Position numbers and translations under genes: made by a program. The notes beneath the pieces are model-generated. The model was not told the DNA's origin. It saw only the letters and a list, made by a program, of their open reading frames with translations, and did not search any database. Below are positions 7,860 through 17,161 of a DNA stretch of 37,125 bases, in pieces. Source of the DNA: Crocinitomicaceae bacterium. Its GTDB lineage: Bacteria; Bacteroidota; Bacteroidia; Flavobacteriales_D; Crocinitomicaceae. Within the stretch, counting starts at the first letter, position 1. Each line of letters begins with the position of its first letter. The DNA is taken from the NCBI GenBank assembly GCA_044338805.1, contig JBIIWQ010000001.1:1-37125 (forward strand). Reading direction: 5' to 3'.

Positions 7860-8537
7860 TTACTGCTCGATGTCCATTTTGATTATTTCGAGCATTTCAG
7901 ACATTGTTTCAAAATGAAAATCAGCAAGAATTAATTTCGGTTCTGGATGGTGTGTTTTTTCAGGAATACAAACCACGTGCATTCGTGCTGCTTTTGCTGA
8001 AATGATTCCGTTTAAAGAATCTTCTATAACTAAGCATTTCAATGAATGGATGTTGAGTTTGTTTGCAACGCTTAAATAAACGGCTGGGTGTGGTTTTCCG
8101 AAAGGTTCATCTTCTGCTGAATGCGTGAAATCAAAGAAATCAGCAATGCCTAATTCGCTAAGAACTTTATCAATTAATACTCTGTATGAGGATGTTGCAA
8201 GGCCAATTTTTTTATCCTGACTTTTCAAAAAATGCAACATTTCAATTACTCCTTCTAAAGGTTGTCCGTTTTGATGAATCAACTCTTTCATCCTATCCAC
8301 AATCAACATTTCAACATCTCTAGGCGTAACATTTTTCCATCCTTCGTGTTGGTGCCAAAAGCGTATAACTTCATCTAAGCGCAAACCAACAGTTTTCTGA
8401 AAATCTTTTTTTGTTAAGGTTGATCCTATGGAATGAAAGACCTCTTCCATGGCAATTTTCCATAATGGTTCCGAGTCGATGAGCACGCCATCCATGTCAA
8501 AAATTACTGCGTCAAATTGTGTAAGATCAAGTTTCAT
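7860..8537 (-). CDS. hxpB: HAD-IA sugar-phosphate phosphatase (HxpB/YniC-like)
   Basis: FDAVIFDMDGVLIDSEPLW, GLATSS, KPHPAVYL and EDSLNGIISAKAARM. The protein aligns end to end with my recollection of E. coli YniC. Confidence 0.8.
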   Translation of the reverse strand: MKLDLTQFDAVIFDMDGVLIDSEPLWKIAMEEVFHSIGSTLTKKDFQKTVGLRLDEVIRFWHQHEGWKNVTPRDVEMLIVDRMKELIHQNGQPLEGVIEMLHFLKSQDKKIGLATSSYRVLIDKVLSELGIADFFDFTHSAEDEPFGKPHPAVYLSVANKLNIHSLKCLVIEDSLNGIISAKAARMHVVCIPEKTHHPEPKLILADFHFETMSEMLEIIKMDIEQ

Positions 8538-9421
8538 TCAAACGTTTTTTTATAGAGAAATGGTCCACCAAGAAGTGGATGTTTTTCCGTTGCGATATAA
8601 ATTATTTTATCTGAGAAAATCACGAGTGCTTCTCGTTGAGCGATTTTTTTAAACTTTTTTGTGCCCCACGCTTTTGACAACGTTGTAAGACCAGCACTTT
8701 CATTTATGCGAAACGTTCGGATTTCAGAATAGGTTAAAACAGCTATTAAGCCTTCATAATAATCGATTGAAGTTACAAGATCTGATATTCCTTTACTCCC
8801 TACTTTGTGCAAATACTCAATATTGGTGTCGTTCAGATTCGCAGTGTAAATTCCTGGTTTATCTGAAATCACATAGTCTTCAGGAAAACGATTCCAGGAA
8901 TGACTTTTCCCATCATCTTTTGGTTTTTTTGATTCATTCTTTGTGATTAAATGTAAAGAATCATCTTTCCAATAAATTGCCTCACAGTTATATTTAAAAC
9001 TAGTGGCTTTTGGAGGAAAAAATCGTTGGCCAGCATATGAAAAAAAAATCTTTTCTGCATTTATTGAATCACTTTGAAAAGCGGAATTGACATTTAATTT
9101 CAAGACACATAAATCTTTTCTTTCATTCAAATTATTTCCAACATCTGCTATGAATAAGTTTCCCTTATCATCCATCGTTAAATCCTCCCAATCACTATTC
9201 GGGGCATTTTTTACACGGCATTTTTTTAAAATAGTTCCATTCAAATTAATAAAGAATATTTCTGGGGAATTGCCACTATCGTTTATTGCTATAAGAACGG
9301 AATCATTTAGTTTTTCAAGACCAGAAATTTCATTCAGTTCTTTAGGTAATTTGAATTTGTCTTGAGAAAAGGTGTTGTTTACTCCTAGAAATACGATCAA
9401 ACAAGATAAAAAACGAATCAT
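8534..9421 (-). CDS. secreted hypothetical protein (beta-propeller-like, SdiA-regulated or phytase-like flavour)
   Basis: Signal peptide ending TFSQ. Motifs EISGLE...AINDSGN...DWEDLTMDDKGNLFIADVGNN. It has a 4-nt overlap with the downstream HAD gene. Confidence 0.55.
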   Translation of the reverse strand: MIRFLSCLIVFLGVNNTFSQDKFKLPKELNEISGLEKLNDSVLIAINDSGNSPEIFFINLNGTILKKCRVKNAPNSDWEDLTMDDKGNLFIADVGNNLNERKDLCVLKLNVNSAFQSDSINAEKIFFSYAGQRFFPPKATSFKYNCEAIYWKDDSLHLITKNESKKPKDDGKSHSWNRFPEDYVISDKPGIYTANLNDTNIEYLHKVGSKGISDLVTSIDYYEGLIAVLTYSEIRTFRINESAGLTTLSKAWGTKKFKKIAQREALVIFSDKIIYIATEKHPLLGGPFLYKKTFE

Positions 9422-9425
9422 ACGA

Positions 9426-10685
9426 TTAATTCAATATTACACGAACAACTTCAATTCTTCTGTCACTAACTTGTTCAATAATAAACATTTTATCATCAAT
9501 TTCTACTGTTGCGCCAGCTTCTGGTATTGCCTCTAATTCATGAATTAACATTCCCCCAAGTGTTTCAAATTCATCGGAGTCGTTCAAATTCAATTTATAT
9601 TCTTCATTGAGGTAATCTATTTCTACACGCCCAGAAAACAAAAACTCCGTGTCACTTATTTTTTGTTCCAACAAATCTTCTACATCATGTTCATCTTCAA
9701 TTTCACCAAAAATTTCTTCAATAACATCTTCAATCGTTACAATGCCGGCTGTTCCTCCATATTCATCTACAACAACAACGATTTTTCCAGCTTGTTTTGT
9801 GAAAATTTCCAAGAGTTCTTTTCCCGGAATTGCTGCTGGCACAAAATTAATTGGAAGAAGAATTTGTTTAATCCCAAGGGGGCGTTTAAAGAGTTCAAAT
9901 GAATGAACATATCCAATAATATTATCAATTGTTGTTCTATAAACCAACACTTTTGACAAGCCCTTTTCAATAAATAAATTTTTCAACGTTTCAATTTCTT
10001 CCTCTACCTCTACTGCAATAATTTCTGTTCTAGGAATCATACAATCCCGTGCTTTAATATTTGAGAAATCCAATGCGTTTTGAAGAATTTGCATTTCATT
10101 TCCTAAATCGTGTTCTTCTTTAATCCTTGAAGAGAGATCTTGAACGTAATGTTCGAGGTCAATTTTAGAAAACACTTTTTCTGAATTTGTTCTATCTGTT
10201 TTTAACATTCTCAACACTAGTCCACTTACAAACATGACTATTTGTGTAGGAATATAAAGCAAGATGAAAAGAACTAACATCGGAACAGTTGCAATTTTCA
10301 AAAAACTATTCGGGTTAATTTGGACTAAGGCTTTTGGTAGAAATTCAGATACGATTAATACTAATAATGTTGACAAAACAGTTTGAATCAACAAGATTAA
10401 ACCTGGTCCTGTAACCCCCCAATTTTCAATAATTGGGTCTAATATAATGGCTGCATTAATACCAAAAAGAACTAAGGAAACATTATTACCGAGCAATAAC
10501 AATGCTATAAAGAAAGATTCCCTTTTGTAAAAAAATCCTCCAATTCGACCATTAAATGTTCCTTTATTCCTTTCTAATTCAACTTTTAAACGGTTGGAAG
10601 AAAGAAAGGCTATTTCCATGCCTGAGAAGAAGGCACAAAATATAAGTGAAATTGAAATTATTAAAACGGCAAAAGAAGGATCCAT
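9426..10685 (-). CDS. CNNM(DUF21)-CBS pair-CorC/HlyC family membrane protein (hemolysin or GldE-like family)
   Basis: N-terminal 4-TM region with FFSGMEIAF, a central CBS pair (CMIPRTEI...), and a C-terminal CorC_HlyC part (LGGMLIHELEAIPEAG...IEVVRV). Confidence 0.85.
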   Translation of the reverse strand: MDPSFAVLIISISLIFCAFFSGMEIAFLSSNRLKVELERNKGTFNGRIGGFFYKRESFFIALLLLGNNVSLVLFGINAAIILDPIIENWGVTGPGLILLIQTVLSTLLVLIVSEFLPKALVQINPNSFLKIATVPMLVLFILLYIPTQIVMFVSGLVLRMLKTDRTNSEKVFSKIDLEHYVQDLSSRIKEEHDLGNEMQILQNALDFSNIKARDCMIPRTEIIAVEVEEEIETLKNLFIEKGLSKVLVYRTTIDNIIGYVHSFELFKRPLGIKQILLPINFVPAAIPGKELLEIFTKQAGKIVVVVDEYGGTAGIVTIEDVIEEIFGEIEDEHDVEDLLEQKISDTEFLFSGRVEIDYLNEEYKLNLNDSDEFETLGGMLIHELEAIPEAGATVEIDDKMFIIEQVSDRRIEVVRVILN

Positions 10686-10721
10686 TAAAAATTATTCTTA
10701 TTGCAAGATACAAAAACGAAT

Positions 10722-11996
10722 TTAAACAACATCAAAACCTATGTCTTTGCGATAGTTAGCTCCTTCAAACTCAATTTTAGCTGCCGATTCATACGATTTA
10801 GCTAATGCTACTTGAATGTTTTTACCATATGATGTTATCGCTAAAACTCGTCCGCCAGCAGAAAGAACGGCAGGACCATCAGAGCTTGTTCCAGCATGAA
10901 AAACAATACTATCAGCGATTGTGTTCAAGCCATAAATCTGTTTTCCTTTTTTGTAATCTCCAGGATATCCGCCTGCAACCATCATTACGGTTGCTGCACA
11001 TTTGTCAACAAATTGAACGTCTCTTTCTGACAATGTATTTGATGCTACACCTTCAAAAAGATCCAATAAATCGGATTTTAATCGTGGAATGATGACTTCT
11101 GATTCAGGGTCACCTAAGCGACAATTATATTCAATTACATACGGCTCGTTCTTGACATTAATTAAACCAAAGAAAATAAATCCTTTATATGGAATATTAT
11201 CTTGTCTTAATCCTTTAATCGTCGGAATGATAATTTGATTTTGCACTTTATCCATAAATACTGGGTCAGCAAAAGGAACTGGAGATACTGCTCCCATTCC
11301 TCCTGTCATTAAACCTGTATCTCCTTCACCGATTCGCTTGTAATCTTTTGCTTCTGGCAAACGTTTGTATGAATCTCCATCTGTAATAACAAATACAGAT
11401 AATTCTATTCCTTTCAAAAATTGTTCAATTACAACTCTTGAACTCGCTTCACCAAATTTCGCGTCTGCCAACATGTTTTTAAGTTCGGCTTTTGCTTCTT
11501 TTAAATTATCTAAAATCAACACACCTTTTCCGGCTGCTAATCCATCTGCTTTTAAAACAAAAGGTGGATTCATTCCTTCTAAAAACTTATATCCTTGTTC
11601 TAATGTGTCTTTTGTAAACGTAGCATATTTTGCCGTTGGAATATTGTGTTTATGCATAAATTGCTTTGCATAATCTTTGCTTCCTTCAAGTTGAGCAGCT
11701 TCTTTACTTGGACCAATTACTGGTACTTTTTTTAATAAATCATCTGCTAAGAAAAAATCATGAATTCCTTTTACTAAAGGCTCTTCAGGACCTACAACAA
11801 CCATATTAACGTCATTCTCTAAAACGAATTTTTTTATCCCTTCGAAATCTGTTGGGTTAATATTTACGTTCTTTCCATGTTGCTTAGTTCCAGCATTTCC
11901 TGGTGCAATGAACAGCTCCTCTAACATGGAACTTTGTGCCATTTTCCATGACAAAGCGTGTTCTCTCCCGCCGGAACCAAGCAATAATACTCTCAT
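10722..11996 (-). CDS. purD: phosphoribosylamine--glycine ligase
   Basis: MRVLLLGSGGREHALSWK..., an ATP-grasp core and the C-terminal GGRVLA motif. Full length at 424 aa. Confidence 0.95.
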   Translation of the reverse strand: MRVLLLGSGGREHALSWKMAQSSMLEELFIAPGNAGTKQHGKNVNINPTDFEGIKKFVLENDVNMVVVGPEEPLVKGIHDFFLADDLLKKVPVIGPSKEAAQLEGSKDYAKQFMHKHNIPTAKYATFTKDTLEQGYKFLEGMNPPFVLKADGLAAGKGVLILDNLKEAKAELKNMLADAKFGEASSRVVIEQFLKGIELSVFVITDGDSYKRLPEAKDYKRIGEGDTGLMTGGMGAVSPVPFADPVFMDKVQNQIIIPTIKGLRQDNIPYKGFIFFGLINVKNEPYVIEYNCRLGDPESEVIIPRLKSDLLDLFEGVASNTLSERDVQFVDKCAATVMMVAGGYPGDYKKGKQIYGLNTIADSIVFHAGTSSDGPAVLSAGGRVLAITSYGKNIQVALAKSYESAAKIEFEGANYRKDIGFDVV

Positions 11997-12011
11997 TTTA
12001 CTTTTTTGCTT

Positions 12012-12698
12012 TTAGCAATATTTTAATAGTGATTCTAAAATTGCCTTCCCATCTTCATTCGCTAAAAAACGATCAGCGGCTCTTTCTGGGTGAGGCATCA
12101 TTCCAAAAACATTTTTTCCTGCATTCGTAATACCTGCAATATTCAATAAAGCTCCGTTTGGATTGTCACTATCATTAATTGATCCATCCTCTGAACAATA
12201 TTTAAATAATATTTGGTCGTTATCTTCTATTTTCTTTAGAACATCTTCTGCGGCATAAAATCTACCTTCGCCGTGTGCAATTGGAATTTTATATGCTTTA
12301 TCTCCACTCAACCCTTTTGTAATTGGAGCTGACGTTGAAACAGATTTTAAAAAAACATTTTTACAAATGAACTTTTGGTTGTTGTTGTGCAAAAGGGCGC
12401 CATCCAATAAGCCAGATTCTGTCAATATTTGAAATCCATTACAAATTCCCATCACATAACCACCTTTATTGGCGTGGTTTATTACTTCACCCATGATTGG
12501 TGAAAGTTTTGCAATTGCACCAGAGCGCAAATAGTCGCCAAAAGAAAAACCACCTGGTAAAACAACAAAATCCACACCTTTCAAATCGGTGTCCTTGTGC
12601 CATAAACGTTCGACTTTTTGTCCCATGACGTCTTGCAACACATACACCATATCTTCATCACAGTTTGAACCGGGGAAAGTAACTACTCCAAATTTCAT
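12012..12698 (-). CDS. purQ: phosphoribosylformylglycinamidine synthase subunit PurQ (glutaminase)
   Basis: MKFGVVTFPGSNCD, GGFSFGDYLR, the ICNGFQ nucleophile elbow and MMPHPER. The start is moved to the ATG at 12698, because the 16 extra track residues are not PurQ-like. Confidence 0.9.
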   Translation of the reverse strand: MKFGVVTFPGSNCDEDMVYVLQDVMGQKVERLWHKDTDLKGVDFVVLPGGFSFGDYLRSGAIAKLSPIMGEVINHANKGGYVMGICNGFQILTESGLLDGALLHNNNQKFICKNVFLKSVSTSAPITKGLSGDKAYKIPIAHGEGRFYAAEDVLKKIEDNDQILFKYCSEDGSINDSDNPNGALLNIAGITNAGKNVFGMMPHPERAADRFLANEDGKAILESLLKYC

Positions 12699-12779
12699 TA
12701 TATCAAGAATTTTTAGGTAAAACCAACATATAAATATTCGGTGCAAAATTAGTCAAATTAACACAAAGGTTACCTCTTA

Positions 12780-13733
12780 TTAAATGAAAAATTTAATGAT
12801 AGAATATGCAATGGTTAAATAGAATAAAACCGACGCCATTATACCAAATGTTTTATGAATAAATGAGAATGCTAGGAAAATAGATAGTGGTAACATTAAA
12901 AAACTAAAGCGTTCAATTTGACGATAAATAATGAAATCAACTACTCCAAAAATCAATCCGATGAATAATAACCAATATAAAATTCTAACCAATTTCTTTA
13001 ATCGAATGGAAGAGGTTTGCATTCTTCCCCTAATACTTACAATACTTAATAAAAATAGTAGCGTAAACAATACTGCTGTTACTAAGAAATCCGTTTGTTT
13101 ATTTGTGTAATTTGTGGTTTGTTCCAACACTTTGAATTCAATTTCATTTCCTGAATACCAAAGATATGTACCTGCATAAATCAGCGGTATTAAAAAAGCA
13201 ATTAAGCCCAACATCGTTTCTCTAAAAACAAATGGTCTCACATTCCAAACCATAATAAAAACAAGCGGAAAAACGACAATCATTGGGGGGTGAAATGTCG
13301 CCGCAACTCCTGCGAAAAAAAGTCCATTAAAAACATTTCGTCTTCCATCTTTGTTTTGGTTCAATTTAAAAAACTGATAGAGCATAAGAATGATGCAAGA
13401 ATGTGCTATTAAAAGTCCATCAATGCTATAGAATGAATGGTAAAAAGACATTAGAACCACATACAGCAATGATGACATATAGCTATTTCGTTCAAAAAAT
13501 TCATTGGTATTATAAATCCAACTAATTCCAAAAGCATTCAAACAAATTAAAATAGCTGCAGAAATTGAGGCAATTTTAGGAAAAAGGACAATAGATTCTC
13601 CCCAAAACCCAAGGTTTGAAATCGGTTTGTACGTGTAATAATTCGTTTGTTGATTTAATAGAAAATACCCATAAATGATGAAGGGAATCAACAACAAAAC
13701 ACCAGCTCTATTTCCTAAAAATAATTTTACCAC
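12780..13733 (-). CDS. polytopic membrane protein of unknown function
   Basis: About 9-10 hydrophobic segments across 317 aa. It is co-directional with the pur genes. No recognisable catalytic motif. Confidence 0.6.
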   Translation of the reverse strand: MVKLFLGNRAGVLLLIPFIIYGYFLLNQQTNYYTYKPISNLGFWGESIVLFPKIASISAAILICLNAFGISWIYNTNEFFERNSYMSSLLYVVLMSFYHSFYSIDGLLIAHSCIILMLYQFFKLNQNKDGRRNVFNGLFFAGVAATFHPPMIVVFPLVFIMVWNVRPFVFRETMLGLIAFLIPLIYAGTYLWYSGNEIEFKVLEQTTNYTNKQTDFLVTAVLFTLLFLLSIVSIRGRMQTSSIRLKKLVRILYWLLFIGLIFGVVDFIIYRQIERFSFLMLPLSIFLAFSFIHKTFGIMASVLFYLTIAYSIIKFFI

Positions 13734-13819
13734 AGGGCGAAGATACTGAAAAGTGTTTCATCAAAAAACAATGTCTATTTGTTAATCTTATTTTTACTTG
13801 ATACTTTATTTATTTCCGT

Positions 13820-13827
13820 TATATTTG
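13820..13827 (+). promoter_or_regulatory. Bacteroidota -7 promoter motif TAnnTTTG
   Basis: TATATTTG lies 49 nt upstream of the ATG at 13876. Confidence 0.35.
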
Positions 13828-13875
13828 CTCGAGAAGATGGAAAATAAGTGTTGTTGAAATAAAAAAATTTACATT

Positions 13876-14259
13876 ATGTCACAAGAAAAAACAAAATATA
13901 CAGATAGTGAATTGGAAGAATTCAAAGAATTGATTGAATCAAAATTGGAAGAAGCGCATGTTGATTATTCCCTTTTGGTTGGTTCTTTATCACATAATGA
14001 CGACCACGGAACGGATGATACAGGCAGAACATTTAATATGATGGAAGATGGTTCGGAAACTTTATCGAGAGAAGAAGTTGCACAATTAGCTGCTCGTCAA
14101 GAGAAGTTTATTCAAAGTTTACAAGCAGCTCTTATTCGTATCAAGAACAAAACGTATGGTTTGTGTCGTGTAACTGGGAAATTAATCCCAAAAGAAAGAT
14201 TGAGATTAGTACCACACGCAACAATGAGTATTGACGCAAAAAATGCACAAAACAAATAA
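13876..14259 (+). CDS. TraR/DksA family regulator with degenerate zinc finger
   Basis: Acidic coiled-coil N-terminus, then ...IRIKNKTYGLCRVTGKLIPKERLRLVPHAT. This is the usual position upstream of lspA in Flavobacteriia. Confidence 0.8.
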   Translation: MSQEKTKYTDSELEEFKELIESKLEEAHVDYSLLVGSLSHNDDHGTDDTGRTFNMMEDGSETLSREEVAQLAARQEKFIQSLQAALIRIKNKTYGLCRVTGKLIPKERLRLVPHATMSIDAKNAQNK

Positions 14260-14929
14260 TTCTGTGAAAAAGAATCTTTTGATAGTGGGGGCCATGGTTG
14301 CCCTCATTTTGTTTTTAGACCAAATCGTTAAGATTTATATTAAAACACATTTTTCTCCTGGTGAGGATTATGCTGTTTTTGGTGATTGGTTTGTCTTAGA
14401 ATATATCGAGAATCAAGGAATGGCTTTTGGAACTACTTTTGGAAATCAAATGTGGCATAAATTAGCACTCAGTATTTTCAGAGTAATAGCAATAATCGGA
14501 ATATGTTATTATTGGTACAAACAAGCAAAAGAAGGAGTTCGAACAGAGTTTTTAATTGCCATTGGACTAATCTTAGCTGGAGCAACAGGAAACCTCATCG
14601 ATTCAATGTTCTACGATTTTGTGTTCCCTTATGATCCGTGTATGGGGTTCAATCATTTAGAAGGTTCTGGAATTAAAACAGATTGCGGCATTTTTGGTGA
14701 AATAGAAACACGTCACACTGGTTTTCTTTTAGGAAACGTTGTGGACATGTTTAAATTTCAAGCAAATTGGCCTCAATGGATGCCATGGTTGGGAGGCAAA
14801 GAAGTTTTTCCTGCAATTTGGAATGTTGCTGATGCCTCGATTACTTCTGGTGTAATTTTAGTGTTTATCCGACAACGAAAGTATTTTCCTAAGAAGAAGG
14901 GAAAAGAGAACATAGAGCATGGAGCATAG
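14243..14929 (+). CDS. lspA: lipoprotein signal peptidase (signal peptidase II)
   Basis: LDQIVK, GNLIDSMFY, VVDMFKF and WNVADASITSGVILVF. The track start at 14231 is a TTG, so I prefer the ATG at 14243. It overlaps the upstream gene by 17 nt. Confidence 0.85.
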   Translation: MHKTNNSVKKNLLIVGAMVALILFLDQIVKIYIKTHFSPGEDYAVFGDWFVLEYIENQGMAFGTTFGNQMWHKLALSIFRVIAIIGICYYWYKQAKEGVRTEFLIAIGLILAGATGNLIDSMFYDFVFPYDPCMGFNHLEGSGIKTDCGIFGEIETRHTGFLLGNVVDMFKFQANWPQWMPWLGGKEVFPAIWNVADASITSGVILVFIRQRKYFPKKKGKENIEHGA

Positions 14930-14935
14930 AACATG

Positions 14936-15443
14936 GACTTGTTCAATAGAACTAAAATAATCTCTATTCTAAATATTTTTTTTATAAAAATCAAATGTAA
15001 TAGATTGGCTCTAGGGATTAAATCTATGCTCTATGTTCTAACAGCGCAGCGGTCTATGCTCTCTTTAGAACTGAGAACCGAGAGCCGAGAGCTGAGACTT
15101 GTTTCTTGTGAACCAATCTGATTTTTCGAGTTGACGTTGGATAAAAGACAAGAGACAGTATCTTGTGAACCAAATAGCTTCTCAGGATAAGAATCGTATT
15201 CTACCCAAAATTAAATCTATGCTCTATGTTCTAACAGCGCAGCGGTCTAGGTTCTTAAAAAGAAGCGGTCTATGCTCTCTTTAGAACTGAGAACCTAGAG
15301 CCGATAACTGAGACTTGTTCAATAGAACTAAAATAATCTCTATTCTAAATAATTTTTTATAAAAATCAAAAGTAATAGATTGGCTCTAGGGATTAAATCT
15401 ATGCTCTATGTTCTAACAGAGCAGCGGTCTAGGTTCTATTCTA
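14936..15443. repeat. composite three-unit tandem repeat filling a convergent intergenic region
   Basis: Units start with GACTTGTT at 14936, 15096 and 15312. Units 1 and 3 are near-identical over about 125 nt. Unit 2 shares the 3' module (15210-15311 versus 15018-15095) and carries a 23-nt internal duplication. Confidence 0.85.
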
Positions 15444-17159
15444 GAATCTCGCGGTAATTCCACCCATAAATTGAAATACTTGAACTGGATGATTGTACCA
15501 ACGGTTATATCTTTGCGATGCAAGATTGTTCAGTTGAATAAAAGCCGAAATACGTTTGTTGTATCTGTATTCAATTCCTAAATTGATGTCTGCAACTAAA
15601 CCTAACGTCTTAGCAAATTGATTGTTTTCTGTTGTCACATCATCCTCAAGGGCATAAACTAATGCTTTTCTTCCTCCCTCAAAATTAAGGTCTAAATTGA
15701 CAAGGAATTTATCAAACAAGTTATAGCTTCCTCGGGCTATTGCCTGCCATTGCGGTAAATTCCATGCATAAGAATTATTTAACAAAGAATAAGAATAGAA
15801 CCTTCCAATACCATCAATTTTCAATTTCTCATTTAATTGATAAGAGAGTGATCCTTCAATTGTAGTTAAATTAAGCGTGTCAAAAACGAGGTTAAATTTA
15901 TTCCCCACTGAATAAGTTGTATCAGTTACAAAAAGAGCCTTGTTTTGAATTCTAGCAAAACTTGCGCTAATATTAAAGCTCATTCTTTTACTCAACGTTC
16001 CTTTAAATCCTCCATAGAAATCTATTACTGTATTTTCATTTTGCATTGCAAGATTTGGTAATACAAATTCATTATCAACAGTTAAAGATTTAAACGTTGT
16101 TTGTTTCAAACCTCCTCTTAATCCAATATATGGAATGAAAATATCATTGAACAAAGAATATTTCACTTCAGCAACAGGATAAATATGCACTTTCGTCTTT
16201 GTATGTGCATCCACCACAATATCAACCCCTATTTTTGCTTTTAGGCGGTTATCTTTAGAAAAAGTGGTGATCGTTGGTTTTAAATTCACTATCGTATTGT
16301 TTAATACAATTCCTGAATCCAAAATTGACAAATTAGTGTCACCAACTGCGCCATATTTATATCCATTGTATCGAATATTGAAATCGGCAGCAAAGATTTC
16401 TTTTCCATATTTATACCAAGCAGATGTGTTTATTGCAAAATAATTCTCTCTTGCTCTCCAATCTGCTAAGCTGTCTTGTGTTGGCTTTTTGGAGGAAAAA
16501 TTAGTGTACACTAAGCCCACTTGATAATTCAAATTAGCACTATCCTTTTTATGCGAAGCAAAAGAAAAAGCCCCACCAGCATCTTGATATCGCTGAGCAG
16601 TTGTTTTTCGATCTATCGAGTCGGTCGGAATTTTCAAACCATAATAATGCAACCCTTGATTGTTATAATGCAAATCTCCGTTTAAAGAATATGTTTTTTC
16701 ATTTATTGCGCCATACATTCCAAGTTTCGTTCGGTCGAATTGTGCCGGAGCATAGCCACTAAAATTTCCATAAGAACTTAGGTGTTTAGCATGGATGCCA
16801 TAGACAAATTTACGCGAACGTTTTGAGTCAAAATAAATTTCACCAAGAGGCATTAATTCTGTACCAATACCAAGCTTCACATACGTACTATAGAACTGTG
16901 GTAATTTCGCTTCTGTTTTAATTGTTGCTGGTTCAATTTTCTCAATTGTAATAGCCGTATTGAATTGTAATACCAATAAGGGATATTCAATAACAGGCGT
17001 CGAAATTACAGTATCAATAATTTTAGGACTTTCAGTCATTCGGTATGCAGGTTCAACTTCGCGGCCTACAGTTGTAACAATAACAATTTGATCAGAACCT
17101 CCTTGAGAAAAGGAAAAAGAAGCTGCAACTAAAAACAGTATTAGAATATAATTTTTCAT
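15441..17159 (-). CDS. outer-membrane beta-barrel protein (putative porin)
   Basis: Signal peptide ending FSQ. The body has alternating amphipathic strands rich in Y, G and N. The C-terminus ends ...GGITARF. The start is 2 nt downstream of the TPR gene. Confidence 0.7.
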   Translation of the reverse strand: MKNYILILFLVAASFSFSQGGSDQIVIVTTVGREVEPAYRMTESPKIIDTVISTPVIEYPLLVLQFNTAITIEKIEPATIKTEAKLPQFYSTYVKLGIGTELMPLGEIYFDSKRSRKFVYGIHAKHLSSYGNFSGYAPAQFDRTKLGMYGAINEKTYSLNGDLHYNNQGLHYYGLKIPTDSIDRKTTAQRYQDAGGAFSFASHKKDSANLNYQVGLVYTNFSSKKPTQDSLADWRARENYFAINTSAWYKYGKEIFAADFNIRYNGYKYGAVGDTNLSILDSGIVLNNTIVNLKPTITTFSKDNRLKAKIGVDIVVDAHTKTKVHIYPVAEVKYSLFNDIFIPYIGLRGGLKQTTFKSLTVDNEFVLPNLAMQNENTVIDFYGGFKGTLSKRMSFNISASFARIQNKALFVTDTTYSVGNKFNLVFDTLNLTTIEGSLSYQLNEKLKIDGIGRFYSYSLLNNSYAWNLPQWQAIARGSYNLFDKFLVNLDLNFEGGRKALVYALEDDVTTENNQFAKTLGLVADINLGIEYRYNKRISAFIQLNNLASQRYNRWYNHPVQVFQFMGGITARF

Positions 17160-17161
17160 GT

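Noticed and set aside
9426-10685. Naming this CNNM/CBS/CorC gene gldE
   Set aside because: The family fits, but the characteristic gldD neighbour is absent. The downstream gene is an unrelated 295-aa secreted protein, and Flavobacteriia carry paralogues. Only the family-level call is given.
12699-12746. 16-residue N-terminal extension of PurQ (MHRIFICWFYLKILDI)
   Set aside because: PurQ proteins begin at MKFGV..., and the extension is hydrophobic junk.
14933-15121. 62-aa + strand ORF, and the 73-aa minus-strand ORF at 14773-14994
   Set aside because: Both lie within or run into the intergenic repeat array or antisense to lspA. They have no signal or domain features, and the other repeat units do not keep the frame open.
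14936-15443. CRISPR array
   Set aside because: The repeats are long (over 100 nt) and modular with no unique spacers of regular size. There are no short palindromic repeats and no cas genes in the window. The same reasoning applies to 7624-7815.
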